Assembly: GCF_963676685.1 (NCBI RefSeq)
Contig: NC_092356.1
Location: forward strand, 40,548,001 to 40,612,000
Direction of reading: 5' to 3'
DNA from: Mytilus edulis
Taxonomy: Eukaryota
DNA length: 64,000 nucleotides
Positions 24,351 through 36,500 of the stretch are shown here, piece after piece. The first letter of the stretch is position 1, and each line of letters starts with the position of its first letter. Under the pieces are notes generated by a model, which did no database searches, was not told where the DNA came from, and was given only the letters and a program-made list of their open reading frames with translations. A program made the translations under genes and the position numbers.

Positions 24351-25399
24351 TTTAGTCCGGCGGCTACAAGCATATTTCAGACGAATTGTGCACATCCTGC
24401 TACAAGCATGAAATTTGGCAAAGATCTTCCTCAACTATTACTCTTTCATTTCAGATAGGGAGGCATTTGAAAAAAATGTTTCACTTCCGGTAAAATCCAA
24501 AATGGCGGACATCATACTTAAATCAGCCCTATATCGAAGGCTATTAAGTGAAAATGTGTTATTATCATGCCACTAACATAATATTTCGTATCAACCTTTG
24601 TTTTGTACTACTTTGGGATATATGATATAGATAAGATGTCTTCAAAAACCCTACTTCCGGTAAAATCCAACATTGCGGATATAGTAGTGAGTTGCCCATC
24701 ATACAACTTTTACAAATAATTTCACAATGCCAGCTGAAAAGGTTAAAAGAAAACAAACTGGTGATACACTTCACTACCAAAGAAATAACATAACTTATAA
24801 ATTTAAGCCATAAATTTTGTACTAAAAGACCAAGATTTATGATAGTTACATACAAAGGAATGACAGGAACTATAAACGAGCGACTAAATATGTCATGTTT
24901 GAAAAATTAGTTTCTTATATCTCCTCTGCTGCTTTTCTAACTTATCAAGCATGCAATAACCCCTTAATTGCACGTGTAAAAATAAAATAAGTGCATTTAA
25001 AAAAACATGTTGGATAAACGTCAATTACATGTAGCAACATAACGACAAAAATATAACTATATGTGCACGTATGGCGGTAAAACAGATGCGAGTTTTCCTC
25101 AATGAGACAGTATCATAGCAACACAATTTATTGATGAATGGTGTACTACTTGACTGATGCTTCTATTTGTTGTTTTTGTCAATTTTTTCTAAAACCTCTT
25201 GATATCTTTAATTTACACAATGGTTAACAAAACTGTATATGAAACAAAAACTGTATACAGTAAAGAAAAGTTTCTTTCGTTAGTAAAATAATTGCTTCAT
25301 TCATTATTTCATATTTTAAACCCCGCACGTCGCAGGTGCTTTCGACTCCAATCTGTATTGACTAAGATAGCCAGTTTTCGTGTCTAAGGTCGGATAGTT

Positions 25400-26700
25400 C
25401 TCAACCGTCGACACTCCGGTTTTCCACTTATGTGATATTCAATGATCTTATTACAGTGTTGATTTGGTAACCTTTTAGAATAAGTTTATTTTAAGGAGCG
25501 ATAAGTTTACAAGGATCATTTCTAAATTTCCGGGCACGGTTAACAACATTTCCGTAAAAATGAGGATGTGCTATCCTGTTTGAAATAAGTTTTCTACAGG
25601 TACAACCAAACTTCAAAACCAAATCTTTATATATATGGAAAACATTAGTAAAGGTTTTAAGTAATTTATGGTAACGATATCCCTGGTTTAATAATTTACC
25701 AGTAATACATAGATTACGTTCGTTAAAATCAAAAACGTCACAACAGACACGGGCATAGCGAACGAGCTGGGAAATATAAACACCGTAAGATGGTGCCAAA
25801 GGAACATCCCCATAAAAAAATGGAAAATTATTAATAGGGAACGAAAAATCAAAACTGTCAACAGAATCAAAAGGACCATCAAAAGCACGTAATTTATCTA
25901 AAACATCCAAAGAATTTTTTACACTCCAAAAATAGTTTATTCCAATACATGTATGTTCATTTATTTTATTACAATAGTTTATGATAAGCTCTTTAATAGT
26001 AGTTAATGAACTTGTTAAAAGCACTGAGAGATTAGCTGTAGAACACTTACTATAGAGGCCGAGATTAAACGATATTTAGCTGTTTTTTTGCGTAGTTTAG
26101 GTAGCCATGGCAATACATAGTCATGATAGTAGAGACCTTCAAATGTTCCGAAGCCTTAAGCTTTGATGTGGTTGTGATATGTTTGTTTACCATATGAATC
26201 TCTGTGGAGCGGATGGATTTGAACGTAGATGAATTTAAAATTTCACTTTTAAGAACGTCCGTGTAGTATTTACGGCATACCACCACCACATTGTTGCCGG
26301 GCTGCTTTGTCGGCCGGTACAGACACAAACTGCTTTGAAAGTTCTTGAAGTTTATTTCTTATTCTGGAAATAGGTGTATTATGGACTCTATTATTTTCTT
26401 CTAAATTATTTTCAAAATGTGATATTCTCTTATCTACCACATTCATACATTTGTTTAAATAAGAATCAAGAGATTTTTTATCAGATTTTCCCCGTTTACT
26501 CCACCTTTTACAAAACTAAATCTATTTTAGATGGAGGACGATATTTTAGTCCTTTTTTCAAAAACTTTTTAACCTCTCTGTCCTGGACGATATTGAGGTC
26601 CCCTGTAATAACATGGCCATAGGGAACATATCTAAACTTCGACGATTCACATTTTCAAGTTAAGGGAGTATTGTTATCTACATAAGTTCGTTCTCTAACT
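25400..26700 (-). mobile_element. Internally deleted Penelope-like RT relic
   Basis: NNVVVVCRKYY, INYFWSVKNS, DSFDFS joined directly to FPINNFPF..GDVPLAPSYGVYISQLVRYARVC, so the RT core is deleted. Confidence 0.75.
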
Positions 26701-27432
26701 TTGTGTCGACACCTGTAGATATTAAATATTTATTTCTAATATGAAAAGGTGTGTTTTATGTCCAATAATTGAAAAAATTCTTTGAATGAATCGCGAAGTT
26801 TTTTTTAAATGCATCATTGGTTAGCTAAGCAGACATGTCTTTAGGGGCAAAAAATTGCTTCACTGACAGTGTCTGTAAAGATCCTATGTGCAAAAAATTT
26901 AAATCTTTTTTTCTAAAACCTCTTGGTATCCTTAATTTACACAATGGTAAACCATACTGTATATGGAACAAAAACTGTAAACAGTGAAAAAAGTTTCTTT
27001 CGTTAGAGAAATTATTGCTTCATTAATTATTTCAGATTTTTAACCCCGCACGTGGCAGATGCTATCGATTCCAATTTTTATTGACTTGGATAGCCAGTTT
27101 TCGTGCCTATGGTCGGATAGTGCATTGTGGTGTATTTTCTGCCGCTGGACATGAACTAGCTAATAAATAATAAAAAAATGTTTTTGAATACTTTGAAGAA
27201 TTATAGATAAATATGCCGGTATTTACTGGAATACATTTTGAACGTTAGTTTAAGTTATAGAAATGTGATACAAATCGCTAACAAAGAAATAACATAACTA
27301 ACAATTTTGAACGAAAAGACAATGAAATGATAGGTCCATACATAAGATATTAGGAACCATATTTATAGACAACCGATTATGATCGACAAAACATGTAATT
27401 TTTGTAAAATTAAACCATTTATTTTTTATTTC

Positions 27433-27657
27433 GTGGGTCTCATTGGGGTCTAAGCGTGACGCGGGATTGCCGATTTTTCGTAAGCGTGACACGGGAAAGT
27501 CCAATTATTGTGCCGTAAAAACGGGAATTAAGGTCTAGCGGGACACGGGAAATTACAAAAAAAATGAGAATTGCTTAGGTACATAGTATAAGCGGGATAC
27601 GGGAATCTGACAAAACAGTAAGCGGGATCCGGGATCAGAACCCCCAATGAGACCCCC
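27433..27657. mobile_element. 225-bp MITE with 6-bp TSD
   Basis: TIR gtgggtctcattgggg / ccccaatgagaccccc, internal cggga repeats, TATTTC duplicated at 27427-27432 and 27658-27663. Confidence 0.8.
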
Positions 27658-28729
27658 TATTTCTATTTCATACTTTGATCTTCTTTAATGCTTTAATCGC
27701 TTTATCAAGCATGAAATAAGACGTTTTCTAATACATCGTAATATTCAATGATAAAAAATATCACTCTTTGAACAACATTGAAAGGCTTGGAATCTATATA
27801 TACAATATTAGGTGAATGTCAGAAAAATATAAACTTTTTTGTATGAGGCTGAGAAACTGGAGAATTAAGGACTCGCCCTTCCCCATTTGCGCCGAGTACA
27901 AAAAAATATATATTTTTATGACATTGACCTAATATTATTTATACTGCAATTTAAATTAGAGCATTGATAAGTATTTAAATCGTAACACAAATGTCAAACA
28001 TATTTTCATCCCTTAAAGGACCCCTGATTGTGGAGAAAGTGATCCATGATGAAATTGACATTATAGAAAATATAGCTTTAGGAAATAAACACAGGTAGTT
28101 GCAGTATAAAATACCGAATTTACATAGATACTTGTAATTTGTACCAAACTGACCAGTACGTATGATGTTGGTGTCACATTATGAGCGAGCGTAAATTTAA
28201 TGTTGGCACTTACACTGTTTTTAAATTACTCTTTGAAATTTTTCAGTTTTATACAAGTTTATGTTCACATTTTCTGAGAGTCCTTGTAATACATGCACAT
28301 GTCAATGTTTACATTTTCAAATATTAATTCTAATAAACTGTTGAAATAAATGGTTGAATGTGTTCTTTGAAAATGGTAATGCATCTGCTGTAATTTACCA
28401 AAGGTAACACTGCTCTGAAATGTTTATCAAAGATACTTTTGTCTGTATTTATTCTTACTAGAAGATCAAATGAGATACAATTCAGTACACTTTAAAGACA
28501 CTAATGGTAATGATAAGTATAAAATCTTCTATATAAAATGAGAAAATGAAACCACTTAAACCATGATTTATTGTGTAAGATTAATTGGTTTTTTTTTTAT
28601 TTAATCTGAAGGTTCTATAAAAAAAAAAACATGAGGCCAAATACATAAATATGGCTCCACTTCATTTGAGTTGACAAAAAGAGGACTACTGGAATCGACA
28701 ATTGGAATTGCGATACCATATGGTTGCAA

Positions 28730-31070
28730 TGACAAAATTGATGGTATAGGTATTCTATCTAGTTCTTCCTGTAACTCGGTGAATGTGATGATTATTTGCA
28801 ACTCTAGTCCTCGACGTCATTATACATCACCTACTTTGCATGTTTTCTCTGTTAATGACTTACTGCCATTTATACAAAAGCCGTTAGGTATTTATCACAT
28901 TCAGTTTGCATTGGAAAAGATGAAAAAGAGAACAGATCTTTTCTTAAACTTACTTTTGCCAACAAAGGTCTGGATGGCGTTAACTTAGGCAACATCCTTC
29001 ATCATAATTTAATTCTGACAGTCGAAAATACCTCCTTAATTAAAGGTCAGTCTGTACCAATAATTTCTTATACCTATACCAAACCAATTGCAACTAAAAT
29101 TTTCAATTACAAACAAGTTTTGCAGGATCTCAACATTGACGACTTCAAGTCTAAACCTCAACTGTGCTAGTTCCCAATTTACACATAATCCGGCTGTCCA
29201 CGTTATTATCGGAGACCTCAAAATTATCAATAACACTTTACTGCGAAATTTGTTATCCAAAGATCCGAAATATTGTGAGCCTAAATCCATCAATAGGAAA
29301 TACAACTTCAAAATACTGATGGATTCAGTCGAGGATTATGCCAGCCAATGGGCTAAACGCGAGAAAGAAGACGTAGATACTCTTTCCGAATGAATTAATG
29401 CTGTGAGGTCGTTGATACAAATCCGAATTAAGAAACTAAATGAGTCTATCAATACCCACACTTCGCCAATTTTTAAAGACCCTAATGTTGCAAAACACTT
29501 GTCCTACCTCCATGACAAATATGTGGTTGTCCCCGCAGATAACCCCCAAATAACATCGTTTTTGTGTGTAAATATCATTACTTATCTGCTTGATAAATGA
29601 AATAGGTATTGACAATTCACTTGGAAACTCAACATCTACCCTCACGACACTTGCCAAAGAGGAAATCCTGGATGATCACAGGTCTTTTCTATGTTCCTTT
29701 GGAATTTCAAGTAAAGATGAAGAACTGGATCTTCCATCACTGTATTGGATACATAAACTACATAAGTGTCCTTACAAACAACGGTATAATGCTGGGTCTT
29801 CCAAGTGGCCCAAAAAACCTCTTTCTAAAATACTAACATCTATTTTATCAGCAATCAAAGCCGGGCTCCAAAGTTACTGTGAAATTGCCTATTCTAGAGG
29901 TGGCTTGAATCAGATGTGGGTACAAAAAAATTTCCAAAGATCTTTTAGAGTACATACAATCTAAGACTCTCTCATCTTACCATAGTATTAAAACATTTGA
30001 CTTTTCTACACTATACACAAGTATTCCCCATTCCAAACTAAAATACAAATTGAAAGAGTTGGTATAACTTTGTTTTATTATAAAGAATGGCGAACGTCGA
30101 TACAAGTGTCTTGTCTTGGGGAAGTATAAATCCTACTTTGTAAAAAATCACTCCGATTCAAAAAAAATAAATCTCTGAAACTGACATTATCAAGATGCTT
30201 GTTTTCTTGATTGACAACATATTTGTTACGTTTGGAGGACCTGTTTGTCAACAGACTGTCGGAATTCCAATGGGAACCGATTGTGCCCCTCTTCTTGCCG
30301 ACTTGTTTCGTTATTATTATGTGGCTGACTTCATACAGGAACTTCTTTGGAAGAAAGATAAGAAGTTAGCGGTATCCTTTAACTTTTACCTTCCGCTATA
30401 TAGATGATGTTCTCTCACTAAATAATACACAATTCGGTGACTACTAGTATGTTGAACGAATCTATCCTATCGAACTGGAGATAATAGATACAACAGATAC
30501 TGTTAAGTCTGCATCATATCTTGACTTACATCTAGAAATTGATAATGAGGGTCGGTTGAAAACAAAACTTTACGACAAAAGAGATGATTTCAGCTTTCCA
30601 ATAGTGAACTTTCCATTTCTATGTAGCAACATTCCAGCAGCGCTTGCAAACGGAGTACATACTGAACGATATTCCCGGGTTTGTATTTCATAAATTTTAC
30701 GGACGCATTTTGAGTCGATTAACCGTTACGGAATAACTGTTTCATAAATGATATCGGATATGTTCCTTATGTCGTAACTACAATACCCTTCCCTTTTCAT
30801 GAATGTGACCTACCGAATTAGACTATTTACCGGATTTGTAATTACATAAGCAACAGGAAGGGTTCCACATGTAGAGCAAGATCTGCTCACCCTTCCGGAG
30901 CACATGAGATCACCCCTAGTTTTGGTGGGTTGTGTGTTGCTTAGTCTTTAGTTTTCTATGTTGTGTTTTTTGTACTATTATTTGTCTGTTTGTCTTTTCA
31001 TTTTTAGCTATGGCAGTTTATTTTCAATTTATGAGTGTGACTCTCCATCTGGTATCGTTATTCCCTCTTC
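28730..31070 (+). mobile_element. 5'-truncated, decayed Penelope-like retroelement (RT, probably Naiad/Chlamys type) with 3' tail
   Basis: Across frames: PKYCEP, VVVPAD, LPSLYWIHKLHKCPYK, NQMW..KN, FDFSTLYTSIPH, QTVGIPMGTDCAPLLADLF, YIDD, SYLDLHLEID, LYDKRDDFSFPIVNFPF; multiple stops and frameshifts. 5' boundary approximate. Confidence 0.85.
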
Positions 31071-31225
31071 TACATATCAATACTAATTGAAGTAATCATT
31101 TGAGGAGCAATATAATAAAACAAGTATTACACTTCGTGAGCAGTATGTAAACACTCTGAAATATGATATTTCTACTTTTTATTACGTATCTGATTTATTA
31201 AAAAGAAGCGTACAATACTGTATGA

Positions 31226-32335
31226 TTATATAGAAAAAATAGAGTCACAATACTCAAGTGCATTCAAAATTGATTGATCCATATTAAAATATTTATAACT
31301 GGCTAGTCGTCCTACAAAATGTATATTTCTCTCCTTCTCTGCTAATGTTTTGTATTGTTCATACAGTTCCATATTTCTTTTGTTTGGAACAGGATAGTAG
31401 GGATCACCGTCGCTACATGTTGTCTCTGAGATAATCGTGGTGTGTGGCGAATCTTGATTAAGGAGATGTTTGTATTCTATTATCCTGGTAAATGGAGTTT
31501 CGGGACCTAGATGATTAACGTGAGCACATGGCTGGAAGAATTTAGTATTCTTCAAGCGTTGAATTTCAAAGTTTACGGATCGATACTCTAATTTGGGGTA
31601 ACCAACATTTGTGAAGAAATCATCAATAGGTCCAGAATATATAATGGTACTGTTGGAAATAGCAGAAGGATCCATGTCAAAATAGTCGCATGACAGGCGT
31701 ACTGTTATATTCTCATGGTCCAGAATGTTTTCGAAAAATTTTGTATAACCATCAGTAGGAAGTGCTTGATATTTGTCACTGAAGTAACGGTCATCGAAAT
31801 TATTTCTTACTGGTATTCTAGCTAACACTGATGCATCCAATTCCTCTGGGTACCTCCCCCATTGTTTTAATGTATAATGCTTAAATATTTTTTCATACAA
31901 GGTTTCACCTACCCTTGACGTGGCCATTTGATACCCATTATCAATATGTTCATGCTTCAATTGGTTTCGGGACAACCAGTCATCTGCTTCTTGTTTATTT
32001 GTTAAATGCTGTCCACATAACATATTAATTGTTGTTATGTTGGGTGGCAATGGTATGTATTGTCCATCAATTACCCCTAGGACTTTGTGTTCCCATCTTG
32101 TCCAGCTAGAAAAACGATTTACGTATTGCCATACTCTTTCGCTATTTGTATGAAACAAATGGACTCCATATTTATTAATTCTTATTCCGTTTTCATCGAT
32201 GTAATCATAGCAGTTCCCGCCAATGTGATCTCTTTTGTCTACAATCAGAACTTTCTTATGTCTTTCTTCAGCCATAAATCTGGCCATGACTGCCCCTGAA
32301 AGACCACACCCGACAACCAAATAGTCTGCCGACAT
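31226..32335 (-). CDS. glf: UDP-galactopyranose mutase, bacterial Glf-type flavoenzyme, 369 aa, CDS uninterrupted
   Basis: GCGLSG FAD-binding motif, RDHIGGNCYD, KYGxHLFHT, YTxKQWG, RIPVR..FDDRYFxDxYQALPxDGYT, LEYRS, FTRIIEYKH, PYYPVP, GRLASYKYFNMDQ. Acc-ATG start; AATAAA signals ~30-50 nt after the stop. Confidence 0.95.
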   Translation of the reverse strand: MSADYLVVGCGLSGAVMARFMAEERHKKVLIVDKRDHIGGNCYDYIDENGIRINKYGVHLFHTNSERVWQYVNRFSSWTRWEHKVLGVIDGQYIPLPPNITTINMLCGQHLTNKQEADDWLSRNQLKHEHIDNGYQMATSRVGETLYEKIFKHYTLKQWGRYPEELDASVLARIPVRNNFDDRYFSDKYQALPTDGYTKFFENILDHENITVRLSCDYFDMDPSAISNSTIIYSGPIDDFFTNVGYPKLEYRSVNFEIQRLKNTKFFQPCAHVNHLGPETPFTRIIEYKHLLNQDSPHTTIISETTCSDGDPYYPVPNKRNMELYEQYKTLAEKERNIHFVGRLASYKYFNMDQSILNALEYCDSIFSI

Positions 32336-32389
32336 GGTATTGACGTATCAGTTTCAAAATTGTATGACAATTATGATCAGCTTACATCC

Positions 32390-32410
32390 GCTGTAAAACA
32401 AATTTAGACT
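32390..32410 (-). promoter_or_regulatory. Candidate 3' splice acceptor of a 5'-UTR intron of glf
   Basis: Minus strand gtctaaatttgttttacAG|cggatg, 55 nt upstream of the ATG. The paralog has gtctaaatttgttttgcAG|tggata at 49579-49600, and similarity between the copies ends ~35 nt upstream of the AG. Confidence 0.6.
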
Positions 32411-32899
32411 TACAATAATACATTCTTCTTATTTTTAAATTTTTTAATACAATTAACGATGGCATACAAGTTAAAGTAGGTTTTTTTTAGGAATACTCTA
32501 TATCTTAATCTTAATTTCAAACCCGAAACAAAATTAGAGAAATAGTTTGAAAAAAATGTATTTACAAACAATGATCCTGATGTATCATGGCAAGAAAAAG
32601 AAGGTACCCAATAATATGATACAATTACCAAACATACAACACATGTTTGCGAAATAATATTAATCAGGCAAACTCGTTTACCTGAATTTAGAAATCCTAA
32701 ACCCCCAAAATATTATTAAAATTCAACAAGCACGCCCCTTCTTAGTTACGTTAATCTAATTGCAACTTTTGTATATTGGTTACCGTGGTTTTTTGTTGTT
32801 TATTTTTTTTTTTTGCTCAGTCATAATGTATTGGCATTATGTTTTGTACTATGTTGTTTGTTTGGGTAGTTTGTTTTGTTTTGACAAGGTATTGAAAGG

Positions 32900-33186
32900 G
32901 AGACGAAAGATGCTAGAGGGACAGTCAAACTCAAAAATTGAAAATAAACTGACAACGACATGGCTAAAAATTAATAAAAAAAAAAAAACAGACAAATAAT
33001 AGTACAGAAGACAACATAGAAAACTAAAGACTAAACAACACGAACCCCATCAAAAACGGGGGGGGGGGGGTGATGTCAGGTGTTTCGGAGGGGTAAGCAG
33101 ATCCTGGTACACACGTCGTGTTGCTTTTTATTAAAAATCCAGTAAATAGTCCAATTCAGTAGGTAACATTCGTGAAAAAGGAAGGG
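32900..33186 (-). mobile_element. Isolated 3' tail of the Penelope-like family
   Basis: Reverse complement of 30785-31070; another minus-strand copy at ~47140-47500. Confidence 0.8.
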
Positions 33187-33510
33187 TGAAAAAGACAGTA
33201 TGCAATAAAATTATATTTTACATTATCCATGTGGTCTTATACAAGTGTTTTGTGAGTTTATTTACAACCACTGGGTCGATGCCACTGCTGGTGGAATATG
33301 TATTCCCTGGGAGTATAACTAGCCTCAGTAGTCAGCACTTCTATGTTGTCATGAATTATCATCGTGTTTTGAAATACTAAGAGTTTTCTACCTTAGTGCT
33401 ACCTCAGGAATAGATAACATTAGCTGTATCTGACAAAACTTTTAGGACGTTTTGGTCTTCAATGCCCCTCAACTTTGTACTTTATTAGGCCTTTAACATT
33501 TTGATTCCCT

Positions 33511-33552
33511 GGTCACTGATGAGTCTTTTGAAGAGGAAACGCGCGTCTGGCG
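33511..33552 (+). ncRNA. Degenerate minimal type I hammerhead ribozyme motif within a short interspersed repeat (~33260-33590)
   Basis: gtca-CTGATGA-gtct-tttga-agag-GAAAC-gcgc-GTC-tggc. Core boxes intact; the core-proximal G-C pair of stem II is mutated to G-G. Confidence 0.7.
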
Positions 33553-36500
33553 CAAATATATAATTTTAATCCTGGTATCTATGATTAGATCATTGTTACG
33601 ACCTTGGACTTGACCGCATTTAATGAAAAAAAAATGCAAAAAACAGATTACCTAATACTTTTGATATGGTTTTTTTTATAATAGATGCAGAGCTTTTCAG
33701 AAACAACGTATCGTTTGTATTATGTACCATAATGTATTTACAATTTAATAAACGATATTTTGAAAATTTATTTCGATTGATTTTGTTTCACTACGTTAAC
33801 GTGTGTCATGTTTCTAAAATTAATTTCACAAACACATTGTGTAAGAGTTTCAAAATTATATACCCAATCAAACAATGACAATTAGGCGAACACGCGTAAT
33901 ATTTTCAGTATGTGCTGGACAAAATTTATTTTATGGACGAAAGAGGACATCACTTTTTTACTCGGGTCAAACATCTGTTGTTTTTTAAACTTTATACAAG
34001 AAGAGCTTTTACTTTCCAATAAAATACTGCAAGTTCAAGGTTAGGGGTCCCGTTAACATGTTAACCCCACCATATTCTCTATGTATGTGCCTGTCCCAAG
34101 TCAGGAGCCTCTAAGTCAGTGGTTGTCGTTTGTTGCTGTGTTATATATTTGTTTTCGATCATTTTTGTACATTGATAAAACGGTATGTTTTCTCGTTTGA
34201 ATTGTTTTACACTTGTGAATTGAGAGACTTTTATAGCTTACTATGCAGTATGTGCTTTGCTTATTATTTATTGCTATAAGGTGAAATATAGCTGTTAATT
34301 TCTGTGTCATTTAGCCTCTTGTGGGGTGTTGTCTCGATGGCAATCATACCACCATTTTTTTTATGTATGTTCTGAAACCAAAATATTTTCAAATTATAAA
34401 TCTCATTATATTAATTCATCATTCACTCATTTTAAAAGAAATTTTCTTTATGTATTTACTTCAAATCTGAAATAGATTTTTGTGTTCATACACTTTCAAT
34501 CAGACATTATTTAATGCAATGTCAAAAACAACAGATAATTAGTCAGCACCAACAGAAAAAACTTACACATGTTACAGTCGACATAATGTTATACTTTAGA
34601 CTGAGGTGATTCAAAAGATAAAAAAATTTATAAGATTTTTAAATGAGATAACTATAAGTAATGTACATGTATATTTAACTCAGAGATATAAGGAATTGTC
34701 TCAGACCTGAATACTAATTGAAGTTTCCGTTGTACCCTACTGAAAATGAGATTTCTTAATTATATAGTAATACTTACCTAGATGATAGTTTTCCTCTTTT
34801 GTGTACGTGGACATCACTTGATATTGATGTAGAAAACACGACAGGTTGTGCATCCATTAAAGACATATGTTTGATAAAAAAAAGTTGTTTCAAAATATAT
34901 ATATGAATAATGTAGCGTTTATTCTCATCAGTAATAAATAAAGAGTTATCATAGAATTTTAAAAGTTTTAATGGTTGGCTTATTATACTAAAAAAGGCAC
35001 GACGATAATGAAGCGATCAAACCCCATGAGACGAAGAAAACATACTCACTTTAAATAAAATACTACTTATTTCGTACAATTTTATTTTAGGAGTTCAGAA
35101 AAAAATATTTTTTTAAAATAATTATTCGGTTGACCATTCGTTTTAAATAATTAGAAAAATGTTCAAACACATGGCGTATTTAGAAAAACGCTTCTAATTA
35201 TCCATCCAAAATCTGATATCAACACAAGCTCATTGGTAAGTGAGACATTTTAAAATGTCATTTTTAAAAACATATTTTACAGATATATGTAACGATTATC
35301 ATTGATAACCTCACCCAGTCGCATTAATATAAACCTCGCAAAGATATTCGTACAGTATTTAAGATGAATAGACGATATCTGTTAGTATTTATCGATACGT
35401 TAGTATACCAAACTACTTTACAACATAGATCGTCAACACAAATACAGACGTGTATACAATTTATGAAACTGATTGCAAAACCATTAATGATATAGAACGT
35501 TAACAAAATCATCGAGTTTGCAGTCTGACTGTCATGTTTTGTTTTTTGTATTTTTTTTTTAGAAATAAAATTGAGAATGGAAATGGGGAATGTGTCAAAG
35601 TGACAACAACCCGACCTTAGAATATATTAATTCTTTGTAGATGTTTTTTTTTTTTTTACTTTTGTTCATATGTTAATTTATTCTATTTTTTTTTCTTTCC
35701 ACTTTATTTCGGAGACTTCTTTTAACAGTATAGACTGTCCCTGTTTATTCTAAGGAAGTTCAAGGAAAAAGTACTTTAAATTGCTAATAATTAAAACATA
35801 TATACTAGTAGCTAAATATTTGTAATGTGTTGCACTCATTTAACATCGACTATTACTAGTTCATCTTAATTTTCATGATATACCATTTAATAACCTTTGG
35901 GTTTTTTTCTTCTTTTTATGTGTGCATTTAAATGTATTTATTCCCATATCTCATGTTTTGCACTAATGTTTTTTTTATCTAATGTTGAATAGAAATGTAT
36001 TCTTTGTTCTATTACAAATACTGCACAAAAGTAGAATCATGTATCTTGAATTTTGAATATTTAATTATGTTTTTCATGTATAATTAAGAAGCGGAAATGG
36101 TTTAAGCAAACAAATGGAAATTAAAGGCAACAGTAGCATACCGCTTTTCAATAGTCACAAATCGATTCGGCTAGCTCATTTAAAAGTCTATGATTATCGT
36201 TCTGCTGCTACTATGAGACATAATTTCAAATTACAGTATACATGGTAAACAAAAAATACCGAATAACAATGTAAAACGTCTAAGCATGCATGCCAAACAA
36301 ATATTTACACCTTAGTATCATTCCATACACCAAATATAGTAGTCTTATCGTGAACAGTACCTGAGAAACAGATCAAACCATAGCAACTCAGCACTGAACA
36401 TTGGACCATGAAACTGAGGTTATATTCTCATGAGCCCTTGAAGATAGATATGTACACCCATACACCAAATATAGTTGACCCATTACTTATAGTATCTCAT

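Noticed and set aside
29391-29393. In-frame TGA in the Penelope-like RT as a selenocysteine codon
   Set aside because: It sits where Trp is expected (LSEW) in a copy with many other stops and frameshifts; no SECIS recognised.
31226-32335. glf as bacterial contamination
   Set aside because: Flanks are eukaryotic repeats, the gene is locally duplicated with diverged non-coding flanks, and it has a conserved acceptor and polyA signals with no bacterial neighbours. Read-level confirmation is still advisable.
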